From contig OX597832.1 in the NCBI GenBank assembly GCA_951406725.2, positions 31,000,001 to 31,064,000 on the forward strand: a DNA stretch of 64,000 nt, written 5' to 3'. Of this stretch, positions 1-13,257 are shown piece by piece. The stretch is from Octopus vulgaris (Eukaryota). Within the stretch, counting starts at the first letter, position 1. Each line of letters starts with the position of its first letter. The notes below the pieces were generated by a model. That model searched no databases. It was not told the origin of the DNA and saw only the letters and a list, made by a program, of their open reading frames with translations. Made by a program: the position numbers and the translations under genes.

Positions 1-132
1 GACAAGAGCAGAAGTAGAAGGATGAGAAAGAGAGAGAGAAGAAAGAGTAAAGTTTTACCTTCGTTTTCTCCTTCATAATTAAAAGCAATTGTGAAATATT
101 TACATTAACAGAAAAGACATTAACAATGAAGA

Positions 133-520
133 CAGTGAGCCGGGCAAAATGCTTTGTGGTATTTCGTCTGTCTTTATGTTCTGAGTTCAAATTCCGCCGT
201 TTACCAGTTATCCTCTTGGGATCGATTAAATAAGTACCAGTTATGCACTGGGGTCGATGTAATCGACTTAATCCGTTTGTCTGTCTTTGTTTGTCCCCTC
301 TGTGTTTAGCCCCTTGTGGGTAGTAAAGAAATAGATATTTCATCTGTCTTTATGTTCTGAGTTCAAATTCCGCCAAGGTCGACTTTGCTTTTCATCCTTT
401 CGGGGACGACTAAATAAGCACCAGTTTACGCAGTGGGGTCGATATAATCGACTTAATCCGTTTGTCTGTCCTTGTGTGTCCCCTCTGTGTTTAGCCCCTT
501 GTGGGTAGTAAAGAAATAAG
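133..520 (+). mobile_element. tRNA-derived SINE family A, tandemly reiterated body
   Basis: GAGTTCAAATTCC B-box and ...CTTTCATCCTTTCGGGGTCGA... body, present twice at about 180-bp spacing. Other copies at about 11740, 14180(-), 18603, 22850(-), 44352 and 60128. Confidence 0.8.
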
Positions 521-2559
521 ATTGGACAGAGTCATTGTCACCACCCGTCTCCTCCATCTCCATAACAGATATTCACAGGGATTCAACTGAGACTTTTTGA
601 CCTTTAACCCCCAAATCTGTTCTAATTAAGGAGACTTACCATGAGACATTCCAGTCGTGGCTATCCTGTTCTCCCCACTCTGATTCATCCACTCTCATTA
701 TCATAAGTTTACTTGCACTTTTCCTACCAGCATGGGCAGGAAGGCTGAATAGGGACCACATGAATATTTTTTATGTGCAGGTGAAGGAAGATTTTTCCCA
801 AGGGGGTGGCGAGAGGACTTTGGTAGACAGAAACTGAAAGAAGCCCGTCGTGTATATGTATATATGTGTGTTTGTGTGTCTGTGTTTGTCACCCCAACAT
901 CGCTTGACAACCGATGCTGGTGTGTTTACGTCCCCGTAACCTAGCGGTTCGGCAAAAGAGACCGATAGAATAAGTACTTGGCTTACAAAGAATAAGTCCT
1001 GGGGTCGATTTGCTCGACTAAAGGCGGTGCTCCAGCATGGCCACAGTCAAATGACTGAAACAAGTAAAAGAGTAAATAATAATCTCCGTTTTTTTCCCAC
1101 ATATTTTGCAAAAAAAAAAAAAAAATTCTGAAAAAAGTCAAAAATGAAGAAATTGGGGTAAGGGGAGGGGAGGAAATTGAAATTTTGAAATGCCGATTTT
1201 TGCCAATTTTTCTTTTTCAGATTTGTAATCTCCGTACCCGAAAACGGGGATTTCTGTAAATAAATAAATAAATAAATAAATAAAGGTGGGGTACAAAAGG
1301 GAGTCGTTCCCTTCGGTCATGGTAAGGTTTAAATCACACACCTTTTTGCCTGAAACTACTTACATTTTTTTTTTTTAACCGAAAGGGCTTCTCCTATAGT
1401 TTTTATGTGCGTAGTGACCCCAAAAATTCATCACGCGCAATGCCCCCAAAATCGGTCTGGGGAGGGGAAGACGGGCGTGGGGTAAAAAACGTCAAAATGA
1501 AGAAATTCTAACTCGGTGTTACCTATTTTCGACGTCTGCCTATATTTCTGAATTTAATAGGATACATAATTGAATAAATATTCTTAAAAAAGTTACAGAA
1601 TGGTGAGACCAAAAAAGAAAAAAAAATACTCTCTCTCTTTACTCTTTTACTTGTTTCAGTCATTTGACTGCGGCCATGCTGGAGCACCGCCTTTAGTCGA
1701 GCAAATCGACCCTGGGACTTATTCTTTTGTAAGCCCAGTACTTCTTCTATCGGTCTCTTTTTGCCGAACCGCTAATTGACGGGGATGAAAATACTGATGA
1801 AAAGATTAAAATTTTTTTTTGAAAACTTCAATAAAAACGTCAAAACAGAAAAATTACAGAGGAGGAGCGAAGTCAAATTACACTCCATAATTTTTTCAGT
1901 TAATGTTTAAAACTTGACCCAGAAACGAAAATCAGAAAAAAAATAGAGTAAAAAAAAATGTGTAGGAAACGAATATTAAAAATATTTAAAAAAATGCGCG
2001 CAAAGCAACGGGAGGGTGGAGAGAGGACTTGGGAACATTCCCCAAATCCGAATTTATTCCTCATTATATTCCAAAATCACGTTCAACTTCCTACAGATAC
2101 CCTAGCTTAGTACTACTACTACTACTACACAACGTGGTGTTTATTTCTACCCACTTTCAATAATTTTTAATGTTTTAGCTTCAATTTTGTTTCATATGGA
2201 TACACATATTATACAATAGATAGATACATATATTATATATGTATATATATAATATATGTATCTATTTCTATAAAGATAGAAAGAGAGAGAGAGAGAGAGA
2301 GAGAAAGTAATAACGAATGAATGAGAATAACGACGGGAGGGTTAAAAAAGTGTAAAAATAATTGAAGATAAAATGATACAAAATTGAAGTCAAATCATTA
2401 AAAATTAATTAAAGTTATATGTAAGAAAAGCATTTATAAAAACGATGGAAAGTCCGCTTACCTTAGTCTATATATGTATACTACAAATTGTGCAGGAATT
2501 TACAAAGGAAATAATTTTCTGAAAAAAAATTTAACCAATTCACTTTCAAAGTTCGCTGC

Positions 2560-3775
2560 ATGCATGCGGGGTATACATTAAAATTTTCTCTGGGACACTT
2601 CCGGTTATTACTGGAAACCGAACTTGTACGGGTATTACCGTATGTGGTGTATTGTAAATTTCAGCTTTTCACTAGTATTCGTTTTGTCTTTTACGGCTGC
2701 TGAGGTGGACTTAGGTGTTTTAATGGAGGCAGTTGAACGCAGATCAATGATCAGGTTCTAATCTTTAAAAGGTTGCACACCAAAAGAGAGTTTTGATGAG
2801 CTGAAAGAAGTTTATGGTGACGACGTAGCATCATACGACGTAATGAAGCACTGGTATCGCCAGTTCAAATGTGGTCGGACATCGGTGGAAACCATTCCTA
2901 CTGCTGGACGACGGCATTCCGCCATTGATGACGACGCCGTCCATAAAGTGGAAGCCGCCATTTTGAAGGCTCGCTGTATAACTATTCGGCAAGTAGCCCC
3001 AGAAGTGAAGATAAGTGTAGGGTCCATGGAAAAAAATTATTCACGACCATTTGCACTTGCGGAAGCTGTCTGTACCATGGATTTTCCGGACGCTCGCACC
3101 TTTTCGGAAACAGAAAGGAGTCAATTGCCCCCAGGCTCTTTTGGCAATGTGCCAAGAAAACGAGGAAGATTTTTCGAAGGGATTATCACAGAGGATGAAA
3201 CAGGGGCCCTCACTAGGGTCCTGAGACTAAAGTCCAGTCGAAGCAATGGAAGCATAACTCACCACCTCCTAAGAAGGCTCTTGTCCAACCCTCAGCAGGC
3301 AAGGTGATGTTCACAGTTTTTTGGGACCAACGCGGAGTAGTGATGATGGATTTTCTGGCAAAGGGCACCACAATTAATGGGGTATATCATGCTTCTCTGC
3401 TGCAGAAGTTGCAGGACACCATCAAAGCAGAGAAGCGTGGCATGCTGAGCAAAGGAGCCCGCCTCCTCCAAGACAGCACCCCAGTTCACAATGCACATGT
3501 TGCCCAAATGAAAGCACACTCCCGCGGCTTTGAATTCCTTCCTCATCTCCCTTACTCTCCTGACCCCACACCATTTAACTTCCAACTATAAAGTTTTTGT
3601 GAAGGAGAAGCGCTTTTCGTATGATGATAAACTTAATTCTGAGGTAAAGTCTTGGCCCCAGACGCAACCTACCGACTTCTGCAGGCAAGTTCCTCACGGT
3701 GTATAAATTGATGGGAGAAGTGTGTCACCATTGGTGGTGGCCATGTAGAAAAGGATTAATAAATCTGGCCAAACT
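2560..3775 (+). mobile_element. Degenerate mariner-family DNA transposon (frameshifted transposase, about 2723-3760)
   Basis: HTH region (WYRQFKCGRTSVE), ITEDET, KVMFTVFWD..GVVMMDFL.KG.TING.Y, QDSTPVH and HLPYSPDPTPFNF (YSPDLAPSD-like). Contains stops and frameshifts. Confidence 0.92.
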
Positions 3776-6400
3776 CTGGAGATCCCGGCCCAAGCTTCAC
3801 TTGAAGATTTAGAAAACCTCCCCGAGACCATACATATTGGGGGGGGGGGAGACAGTTTTGACGGTAAATGTAGAGGGAAGAAGACCCCGTTGCTACGAGT
3901 GCGGGAAGAAGGGGCATGTAAGGTCCAAATGCCCAACGAGTAAGGAAAAGAACAATGAAGAGGCGACGCCCCAGCTGAGAAGGCTATTACCCAGAGGGCG
4001 ACCGCCTCTACCAAGGAAAAAAAAAACGCCGGCACCCCCAGCCAAGGAGGCTGTTATGCAGAGATCGTCGGCAAACACTAATACATCGGCGCCCCCAGCC
4101 AAGAAGGCCATTACAAGAGAGGCGGCCAAGGTAACCAGCAAAGAGGAGGAGACATCCCCCACCGCCAAGGAGGCGGCTACACAGAGGGTGTCTACCCCTT
4201 CTAATACAAAGAGGCGCCCCTAGCCAAGGAGGCTGAGAGGGCATCTGCGGAAAATGAAATAACCGTGACACCGTCGGAAGTAGAAATGGACTTCCAGACG
4301 GTGTCACGTAAACGCCGTCAAAAAATTGAGTCGCCATCGAAGACTAAGAGGTGACTCCCAAAACTAAAATAGTAAAAACTGTAGAGAATGCAGAGGAATT
4401 AACAGGCTCCCCTAAGAAGGGAAAAAGGAAAAGGAGTAAAGTCTTCGACGTCACTAGGAAATTCTCCAGACGTTAAAACCTCATCTAAATATTTATTTTG
4501 CGCTTTCTACTCAATTACCATAATTTCCTCCTTCTTTGGTTCTGGATCTGACATACAGAGGTAAGGCCTTCAGGCTGGTTGGCATTTACGCGCCTATCAC
4601 AACAGCCAAACAGAATGAGTTCTACCAACTTCTGGAGATTTTCCTAGTGACGTCAAAGACTTTAGTTGTGTTAGGTGACTTTAATGCTATTCTTGATGCA
4701 CGCCTGGATAGCGTTGGCTCGAACGATAGGAAATGTGACTCACACCTCGTCGATCAGCTGAAGCTATTTCGGCGGGCAGATCGATTCAGACTTGTTAATC
4801 CGAGCGTGCCAATGTGGACGTAGATTAATCACGACGGACCAATCAGGTCTTATATAGATAGGATAATAGTTAATACAAGAGATAGGTCTAATGTTAGTTG
4901 TCCACAGTTTACCTATGTACCTTACACGGATCACAAATTAGTGACGTGTAGGGTGTACATAGATAAGGTTCATAGACAGGGATCTGGCTATTGGAAGCTG
5001 AACAAGACACTATTGGCTTGCGAAGCTTTCCATAGCCAGATTAAGGTGTTAGTTAAGAGGACACTAACCGGCGCGGTGATCAACAACCGGTGGTGGAGTG
5101 CCCTCAAAAGAGCCTTTCGTATCGAGTCTGTTGGATTTAGCAAACAGTTAAGTCTAGAGCAGATTAGAGTAGAAAGGAAATTAGTTAAGGCATTAGAAGA
5201 GGTATTGGGAACGGGCTCAGCGTCACAAGTGTTGGCGGCGAGATCGGTCCTGGACCGACACCTCAATGCCAAGCACGAGGGATGCAGAGTCCGAGCTTGA
5301 ATTCGTGCAATGGGCCGTGAAGGTATCAATGTTGCTGGATGGGCTCGCCCGGAAGAAACCCGACCTGGCATAGATGTTACAATTGGGTCTGTGGTAAATG
5401 TGCACGGACAGGAGATCCAAGGACAGGAAGAGATATGCGAGGCCTTTCACGTGCACTTTGCCGTGTTGTTCGGGAGGGACGGGACGGTGGACCATGGGGA
5501 TGCCTTACAGCGTTTCCCGGCCGGCGGCCCGCGTCATTCGGCAGGCGATGCTGAGCGCTGTGAAGGACAGATCACAGCCAAGGAAGTCATAGAGGTGCTT
5601 TCCGAGTGCCCCGGGGACAAGTCTCCGGGACTGGATGGTCTACCTTACGAATTTTATAAAAGTATGCCAGACTTGTTCGGGAACGAACTGGCCAGTGTGT
5701 ACATGAATTGGCAGCAGAATGGGAGAATTCCCAAACCTGTGAGCCGAGGAGTGGTGACACTGATCAGAAAACATCTGAGCAAGGGGGATAATATTGATAA
5801 CTTCCGGCCCATAACTCTGCTAAACACAGAGTTAAAGATTTTGGCCAAGGTGTTGGCTAAGAGAGTGAGGATTGTCGTGGGCGGCCTGGTGGGAGAGGCA
5901 CAGACATGTGCCATCCCAGGAAGGACGATACACGGCAACCTTCACCTCATTCGCTACACCATAGAGCGGGTAGGTAAAATTCCTGGCAAAGGTGGGGCAC
6001 TGATGGATTTAGACCAGTCTAAGGCGTTCGATAGGGTGAACCACGAGTATCTGGTGACGGTCGGATTGGGCCCGACCTTCCGGAGCTGGATCATCGCCAT
6101 GTATAGCAACATCGAATCCGTAGTCCGGGTGAATGGTTTCTTTCGAACCCCTTTGCGATCGAGCGTTCGGTTCGCCAGGGCTGCTCTCTGTCCCCGCTAC
6201 TGTAATGTGTTGGCTCTTGAGCTACTACTGCGGAGGCTGAGGGACACGGGGGTGGACCCATGTGATCTGTGTTACGGAAGAAGTGTGACAGCATATACGG
6301 ATGACGTAACTATCACCGTGTTTGATGAAGGGTAGCTACCTCGGGTAGAAGACGCCATCAGAAGATACGAGACGGTAGCAGGAGCTAAGATTAACCAGGA
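3776..6400 (+). mobile_element. Degenerate L1/Tx1-type non-LTR retrotransposon, truncated at both ends
   Basis: ORF1 zinc knuckle CYECGKKGHVRSKC. AP-endonuclease motifs GIYAP, LGDFN, IDRI, TDH and GYWKLN. RT motifs KSPGLDG, FRPITLLN, DQSKAFD and YTDD. Multiple in-frame stops. Confidence 0.93.
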
Positions 6401-9315
6401 AATCTTCCTAAAATGCATATAAAGTGACTATTTCAGCAGAAGAGTGTGACTGAGGGGGAGATAATTCATGAAAAATGTCTTCTAGTTACTTCCCCTAAAA
6501 TGCTTGATAGCTTTGTGAGGACACAAGTTTTATGAAAGGAGAGGATATTGTCAATCTAATTGAGCCCAGTATTTCACTGGTACCTTATGATATCAACGCT
6601 GTAAGGTAAGAAAGGTGAAGCTGACTCGGGAGGGATGTGAACTCGGAACATAAAGAGCTGTAACTAAACACAACAAGGCATTTTCTCCAATACTTCAATA
6701 ATTTTGCCAAACCAATCTCAGATGCCAGTGGAGCCAAGGAGTTAAAAGGTTTGCTTTGGAATCACGAGGTCCAGTGTTCAATTTCACTGTGCAACATTTT
6801 GGTCGACTGTTTTTTTACTACTTCAGATTGACCCACGCCTTGGGTAGATGGAAACTGTAGAGAAGCCTATCAAATGGATGGTGTTTGTATTTCATGTAGT
6901 ACAGCCTAGTCATACACTGAGCCATACTGATTCTACCTGAGCATTACATTGAAACTACATGTGTCTGTGGAGTACTCAGCCACTTCAATCACAATTTTTC
7001 GTGTTGATTGTACAACTGCAATATTTATCTTTGAAGCTGACAGAATCCATCAGTCATCATCACTGGATGCTCTTCCTGTCACCCACTCTTACCTATTTCC
7101 AAATAAGGTAATATTTCTCTTAAGTCCTTCAAACAAGAACAACTCAACGGTCAGACATGTTTTGAGGCAACATTGCAAACATGTGACACTGTTTTTTTGT
7201 ATGAAATGGTAGCATTATTTCCAGTCTGTCCTTCAACTCCAAAACTCACTCCCTTTTCTCTCTCTTTCTTTTTTTTTGTAATCCTTTCTGACCTTAACTC
7301 TTCAACATTTAAACCAGCCACATCTAACCTAAACATCCTGTTTGTTTTAATTTTTTTATGCTGAAACCAACCAGATCCAGCCTCTCACACCTACCCTACA
7401 ATACCATTATAAAAATAAACAGTCACATTATCAAAATCTCAAAACTTAGAGATAATACACGATTAATTCAAAACAATAATTAAAGGATTACATTTGGTAA
7501 AGGAATCTGAATGCTAAAAAGTTAAGCATTGTTTACTCTTTCTCACCATTTCTCTCGCAGTCTGTCTCTCTCTGGCCTCAATGAATGCAGAGTGGTCAGT
7601 CTGCAGGTAAGTTAATCACTCGTTCCCCTCTTCTACTCCACCCAGCTGTTGCCATTGGTTACTGCAGCTCTCTACACCCGACTGCTAATCTGTTGCCATT
7701 GGTTACTGCAGGCCATCACCAAACAAGCAGCCTCTTGTTGCATCTCTTCACTCGATCAGTAAATTCTCGTTTCCGTTATTTAACTTTATGAAGGTGCGTG
7801 GCCCAGTGGTTTGGGTGTTGCACTGATGATTGCAAGATCAGGGTTTCAATTCCTGAACTGGGTAGTACATTGTTTTCTTGAGCAAAACACTTCATTTCAC
7901 ATTACTCCAGTCCACTTAGCCGAATGACATTCTGTCCAGCAGAGAAGGTCAAGATCTCAGTCCCTTGCACACCACGGAAACTGAGAAACCAGTTCTGAGT
8001 CCTAAGGTTCGACTCCATCCCACAGCCACCACCTCCCTGTTGGTTACTGCAATTATAAAGACAATTCAGTCTCTCTCTCTCTCTCTCTCTCTGCACTTAC
8101 AGGTTATTGGCAAGAAATCAATTAAGAAGAATGATGCATCGTCAAGTGTGGAAACTAACCCTGAAGCATCAGGTGACCCAACATTGGTGCAAGGCATTCA
8201 GTCTGCCCATACCACGTTGACCTGCAACTGTGCACTGTCTCCAACAGAAGCTAAATGTATTAAAATTACAAATATTGACGAATTTAAGGAGACTCTCACT
8301 AAATTACCAAACCATAAAATTCAACCTTAAATTATTAGCTTTGCTTTTTGTTTTTTCACCTCCAAACCTTTGAATTAAATTTCCAAGAATTTTATTTAAA
8401 TTCGAAAACATCCACCCACACCAATAAAATTTTGTAAAATAATAAAGAAAAACAGCCCCCACCATTATTTCCTGGTGACTGTTACAACAGTGATTATGAT
8501 GATGATGATGATGGAACATTTCAGAAAATAAATGGAAATTATCTGAATTAAAATGTATTTTTAAAGAAATATTGATTCGATTGTTATAGAGGCATGGGCA
8601 TGGCTGCATGTGGTGGAGTGTCTGCCTCAGGCACCACTTTTGGGTCTGCTGTAGGCTATATGTGTTTTTTGTTGGGTTAGAGAGCGGAAAATGGAAGGGT
8701 TGCCCCAGGTGGCACACACTCTAGCTATGCCAGTGGTTTCAGCCAGATGGAATACAAAAGGAGCCGCCTATTCCCAAGTACAAACTATTCAGATGCCCCC
8801 AACCAATTCAGTCACCATTGAGAATCAACCACCCAAATGTCCTCTACTGATCGTGTCACCATCAAGTACTAACTGCTCAGACAATCTCTACTGAACCAAC
8901 CCACCACCCTCAAGTGACAACCATCTGATGCCCTCAACTGACTGAGCCACTCTCAAAGACAAATCACCAAGGGGCTCTGCACCAACCCTGTCCCGTTCAA
9001 GAATTTGGACCTGGAGATCTCCATTTCCAGCGACTTCGAGGGCCACCTCCTCCCAGTGGTGTCGGGCGTCAACGAAGAGCCCTCGACTACAACAAGACGA
9101 CGAAAGTTTTTTTTTTTCAAGGTCTGGGGTCTCCCACCCCTAAGCCCTAGACCATCACCTAATCACCCTTACCCGTCTTGTTGCTTAACAACAACAGCAC
9201 CAACCCTGCCACCTTCAAGTCCTACCCATCCAAGTGTCTTCTACCCAGGTTCCCTGATCTAATCCCGCTGTCCTCAAATAACAACAAAACACTGTGGATA
9301 GTTTTTTTTTCATGG

Positions 9316-9321
9316 TTTAAT
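9316..9321 (-). terminator. Candidate RCL1 polyadenylation signal ATTAAA
   Basis: ATTAAA about 19 nt after the stop codon, followed by a genomic A9 tract. Usage not demonstrated. Confidence 0.35.
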
Positions 9322-9339
9322 TTATAAAAAATATGCTTT

Positions 9340-9508
9340 CTATAAAATAGGTTTGCTAACATTTGTGTAAGTGACCCCGACACAGGTCAATAAGAGCCTT
9401 TTGTCACCTGTCTTTAATTCTTCGTCATCATAACTGTCTTCTTCTTTAGCTTCTTCTACTTTGAACAAGACTTTGAAGAAATCTCTGATTAATCGCATCA
9501 CGCCAATC
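9340..9508 (-). CDS. RCL1: RCL1 exon 9, terminal coding exon (169 nt including TAG)
   Basis: CTCAAG|, IGVMRLIRDFFKVLFKVEEAKEEDSYDDEELKTGDKRLLLTCVGVTYTNVSKPIL*. The nine exon lengths sum to 1140 nt with no internal stop. Confidence 0.96.
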
Positions 9509-10366
9509 CTTGAGGAAAAAAATAAAAAGAAAAAAATGTTGAAATATTTTTGGTTAGAATAAACGGAAGAGACAAGAGGAAGCGTGTCTATGGTGTATAT
9601 CTCCTTTAGTTGTTTCAGTCAACAGACTGTGGCCATGCTGGAGCACCATGTATTCGGTACTAAGTTAGCCAAGGTGCCATGTAGTAGCACTTTGGATGTC
9701 TTCACTCATAGCCCAGGCTGATCAAAGTGGAAGAGATAGATGGAAACTGAAAAAAGCCTGTCACATGTGAATGTTGATGAATGCACTATTATCTCCTGTC
9801 TTAACATTGTGTGGTGGTTGTAAACGAGTATCCCTGTCATACAAGCAGTGTCATTTATTCCAGCAAGGAGCAGGGACATCGATCATGATAAATGCAACAG
9901 AAGCAGTGTTTCATCAAAATCTGTTTCTGTTGCATTCAATGATAAATAATGGGGTGTCTGTAAACAGCTGGCAGTATTGTGAGAATATGAAACTAGCCAA
10001 AGAATATGCCACAAAACGGATTAACATGCTTAATGTAGTTGGAGCAAAGATAATTTTGGTATCAACCGACATAGCAGGGTTAATGACAAGAAAACAGATT
10101 TAGTGTTAATGACAATGGTTACTAAGTAAAGCAAGAGCGACAACTCTGAAATTTAAATAGAGATGTAGTCTAGAACGGGTTCGACTTTTGGTAGCTGTTG
10201 TAAAAACTTATTACATGTTCCTGTATTAATAGGCCTCGTTAGCAAAGTCTAGACTAAAATGTACTTACACATTTTAGAATGTCTATGAGTGGAGATATTG
10301 TTTTTGTAGCAATTAGAAAATGGAATAATAGATGTTAAGAAAAAAAGAAAAAATTTCCATCATTAC

Positions 10367-10470
10367 GTGTATGGAGTGAGTTGTCCAATTTGAAGTTTTG
10401 ACACATCCTGAGAGCCAAGAACCATAAATAATGCCGCCATACTTTGGTTAAGAGAATCTACACAGCCACC
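10367..10470 (-). CDS. RCL1: RCL1 exon 8 (104 nt)
   Basis: TGCAG|, GGCVDSLNQSMAALFMVLGSQDVSKLQIGQLTPY(T), |GTAATG. Confidence 0.97.
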
Positions 10471-11423
10471 CTGCAATGGAAAAAATTAAAAAAAAGAAAA
10501 AGAAATTGCTAGAGTTTTGATTTCATCAAATTGTTTTTATTCTTGATACAAGTACTTGGTGACCATGTCTAAGCTGGTGCCATGTAAAAGAACACTGGTG
10601 ATGGTGCCATGTAAGAGGCACTGGTGATGGTACCTTGTATAAATCCTCTTGACCACTCTGTAAAGTGGTCGACATTAGAAAGGGCATTGAGCCATAGAAA
10701 CCAAGCCAAGATGGACGGTGGAACCAGATGCAGCTCCTGGTCTTGCCAGTTCCTCTCAAGCCATCCAACCCATACCGATATGGAAAATGGATGTTAAATG
10801 ATGAGGATGGTGATCATGGATGGCAAGAGACGGAAAACAGAGTAAGATATCTTTTAATTATTTATGCAATTACTTTAATAGCAGGATGTCCCCAATTACA
10901 CCAAATCGCTCAACCAGGAAATTAATAAATGTCATTACTGTCACTAATCACTGAACTCTGAAGTAAGAAGTGGAGGGGGGGGGGGGGGCTTAATGAGCTG
11001 AGCTGATTAGGGAGCCCAGTCTACTTAACTGAATGTAAGTACCACTGTGGTGTAGTTCATAGTTTTGTTTGCCACCATTCCGGTGCGGTGAGGGGCATAG
11101 TTCACAAATGGTAGGCAGTGGCAACACTATGAAATTAACGAGTGTTTTGTTATCTTTCAGTTCATAGTTCTTTATATTGTCTTTATAGGTAAGTTAATCT
11201 GGCATCCTCTCCAGTGGGAGGTGTGGTTCTCCTCAACACAATGCTTCAGAAACTATTGCTATGGGAACCAGGGAGACATCCAACAAAACAATATTAAAGG
11301 GACACCATGGAAAAAAGAGTGACCCAAGTAAGCTTTGAACTCAGGACCGCTGATCAGCAGTCTCAATGACAAGAATGAAAGCCCTCACAACCCCCAGGAT
11401 CAATAAATTCAGGCTCTACTTAC

Positions 11424-11583
11424 CCGATATATTTCCTCCAATAATAAATAAGCTGCTTTTTTGCCGACATCTTCAGCAACAGATGGTCCCTTGTCTGATC
11501 CTTTAGGGTTTGAAATAGCCTCAGCAGCTAGAAAGGTCCCTTTTGTTGTCTCTGCTACAAGGGTCAAACCAAATCCAGGTGAT
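11424..11583 (-). CDS. RCL1: RCL1 exon 7 (160 nt)
   Basis: CTTCAG|, SPGFGLTLVAETTKGTFLAAEAISNPKGSDKGPSVAEDVGKKAAYLLLEEIYR, |GTAAGT. Confidence 0.97.
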
Positions 11584-12441
11584 CTGAAGGGAGAAAGACA
11601 AACATTTAATAACTAGGGAGAGAGGAAAGCCGACAACATATTCATGACCATCACATCAGAAGACTTGCCAATGTCATGGATGCTGACTCTTCCATCCAAC
11701 AAAGATGAAACTATATGTATCTATTATTATTATTATTAAGGTGGTGAGCTGGCAGAATCGTTAGCATGCTGGGCGAAATGCTTAGCAGTATTTCGCCTGT
11801 TCAAATTCCACCGAGGTCGACTTTGCCTTTCATCGTTTGAGGGTCAATAAAATAAGTACCGGTTAAATACTGGGGTTGATGTAATCAACTCCCCGCCTCC
11901 CCCAAACTTGCTGCCCTTGTGGCAAAATTATTATTATTATTATTATTACTATTATTAGAGCAGCAGTAAGCTAACAGAATCATTAGTATGTTGGCTAAAA
12001 TGCTTAGTGGTATTTTTTGCGAACCCCCAACCACTAAAAAATTGCTGGCCTTGTGGTAAATTAGGAAACTATTCTCATTATTATAAGATCTACCTCAAAT
12101 TTGTGATCTTGTGTCAATGTTAGAAATCTTTGTTTCCAGGTTCAATCCCACCTCAGTGCAGAATGTATGACTTAACATAGCTTAGTGACCCCCTGGCCAC
12201 AGGATAAGGGCTAAATGCTCTCAGTGGCACAAGCAGCTGGATATTGCTCGAATCACATTTTATCAGCTTAGCAATGTACAACATTGGATAAAGTGAACTC
12301 AGAGCATTGAAGCTCAGTGAAATAAAGGTTGGTCACAGTTGGAATGTCTTTGATTCTTTGATCGACAGAGCTGTTTCGTGGAGGCTGACCTGGGGCTAAA
12401 CAACAACAAGACCAACTCTGAATAATCAAAATTCAACTTAC

Positions 12442-12567
12442 TTTCCGCATTCTTTCCCCTTGCAGTGATCGGAATGGATGTAAATGTCACGGATGAACTC
12501 TGAAAGGACGTCTTTGGCAGATTCCATTAATCGGTTGAGTGTCCCCGGAGACACTTTGGCGCACCAA
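12442..12567 (-). CDS. RCL1: RCL1 exon 6 (126 nt)
   Basis: WCAKVSPGTLNRLMESAKDVLSEFIRDIYIHSDHCKGKECG(K), donor |GTAAGT. Aligns to human YSVRVSPQMANRIVDSARSILNKFIPDIYIYTDHMKG. Confidence 0.96.
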
Positions 12568-13222
12568 CTGGCCAATGTTAAGGACGCTTACCATACTGAA
12601 GGAAACAAACTTAAGTCAGTGATTGATCTTTTTCTTTTCCCATATCTTTTACTTGTTTCTGTCGTTAGACTGTGGCCATACTGGGGCACCATTTTGAAGA
12701 ATTTTAGTCAAACCAATTGACCTCAGTAATTATCTTTTTAAAGCCTGATAGTTATTCTCCCATTCTCTTTTGTCAAACCACTAAGTTATGGGGATGTAAA
12801 CACACCAACACCAGTTTCTCTCCACCAAAATCCACTCACAAGGCTTTGGTTGGCCCAAGACAAGGTATTTGCCAGTCCCCAGTCAAACCATCCAACTGAT
12901 ATTCTTAATCAAAAAATGTCTTGAGTGAATTATATATATCATAACATAATAATAATATGAATAGCCCCTGTGCTGGTGGCACGTAAAAAGCACGCACTAC
13001 ACTCTCGGAGTGGTTGGCATTAGGAAGGGCATCCAGCTGTAGAAATACTGCCAGATCAGACAAGGTCCTGGTGCAGCCTCCTGGCTTGCCAGTCCCCAGT
13101 CAAACTATCCAACTCATGCTAGCATGAAAAACGGACGTTAAACGATGATGAAGATGATGATTAATGTAGCTCCCAAGAAACAGTAAAAGTAATTACCCAA
13201 GCAACGATGGGTATTACTGCTA

Positions 13223-13257
<35 letters not shown>

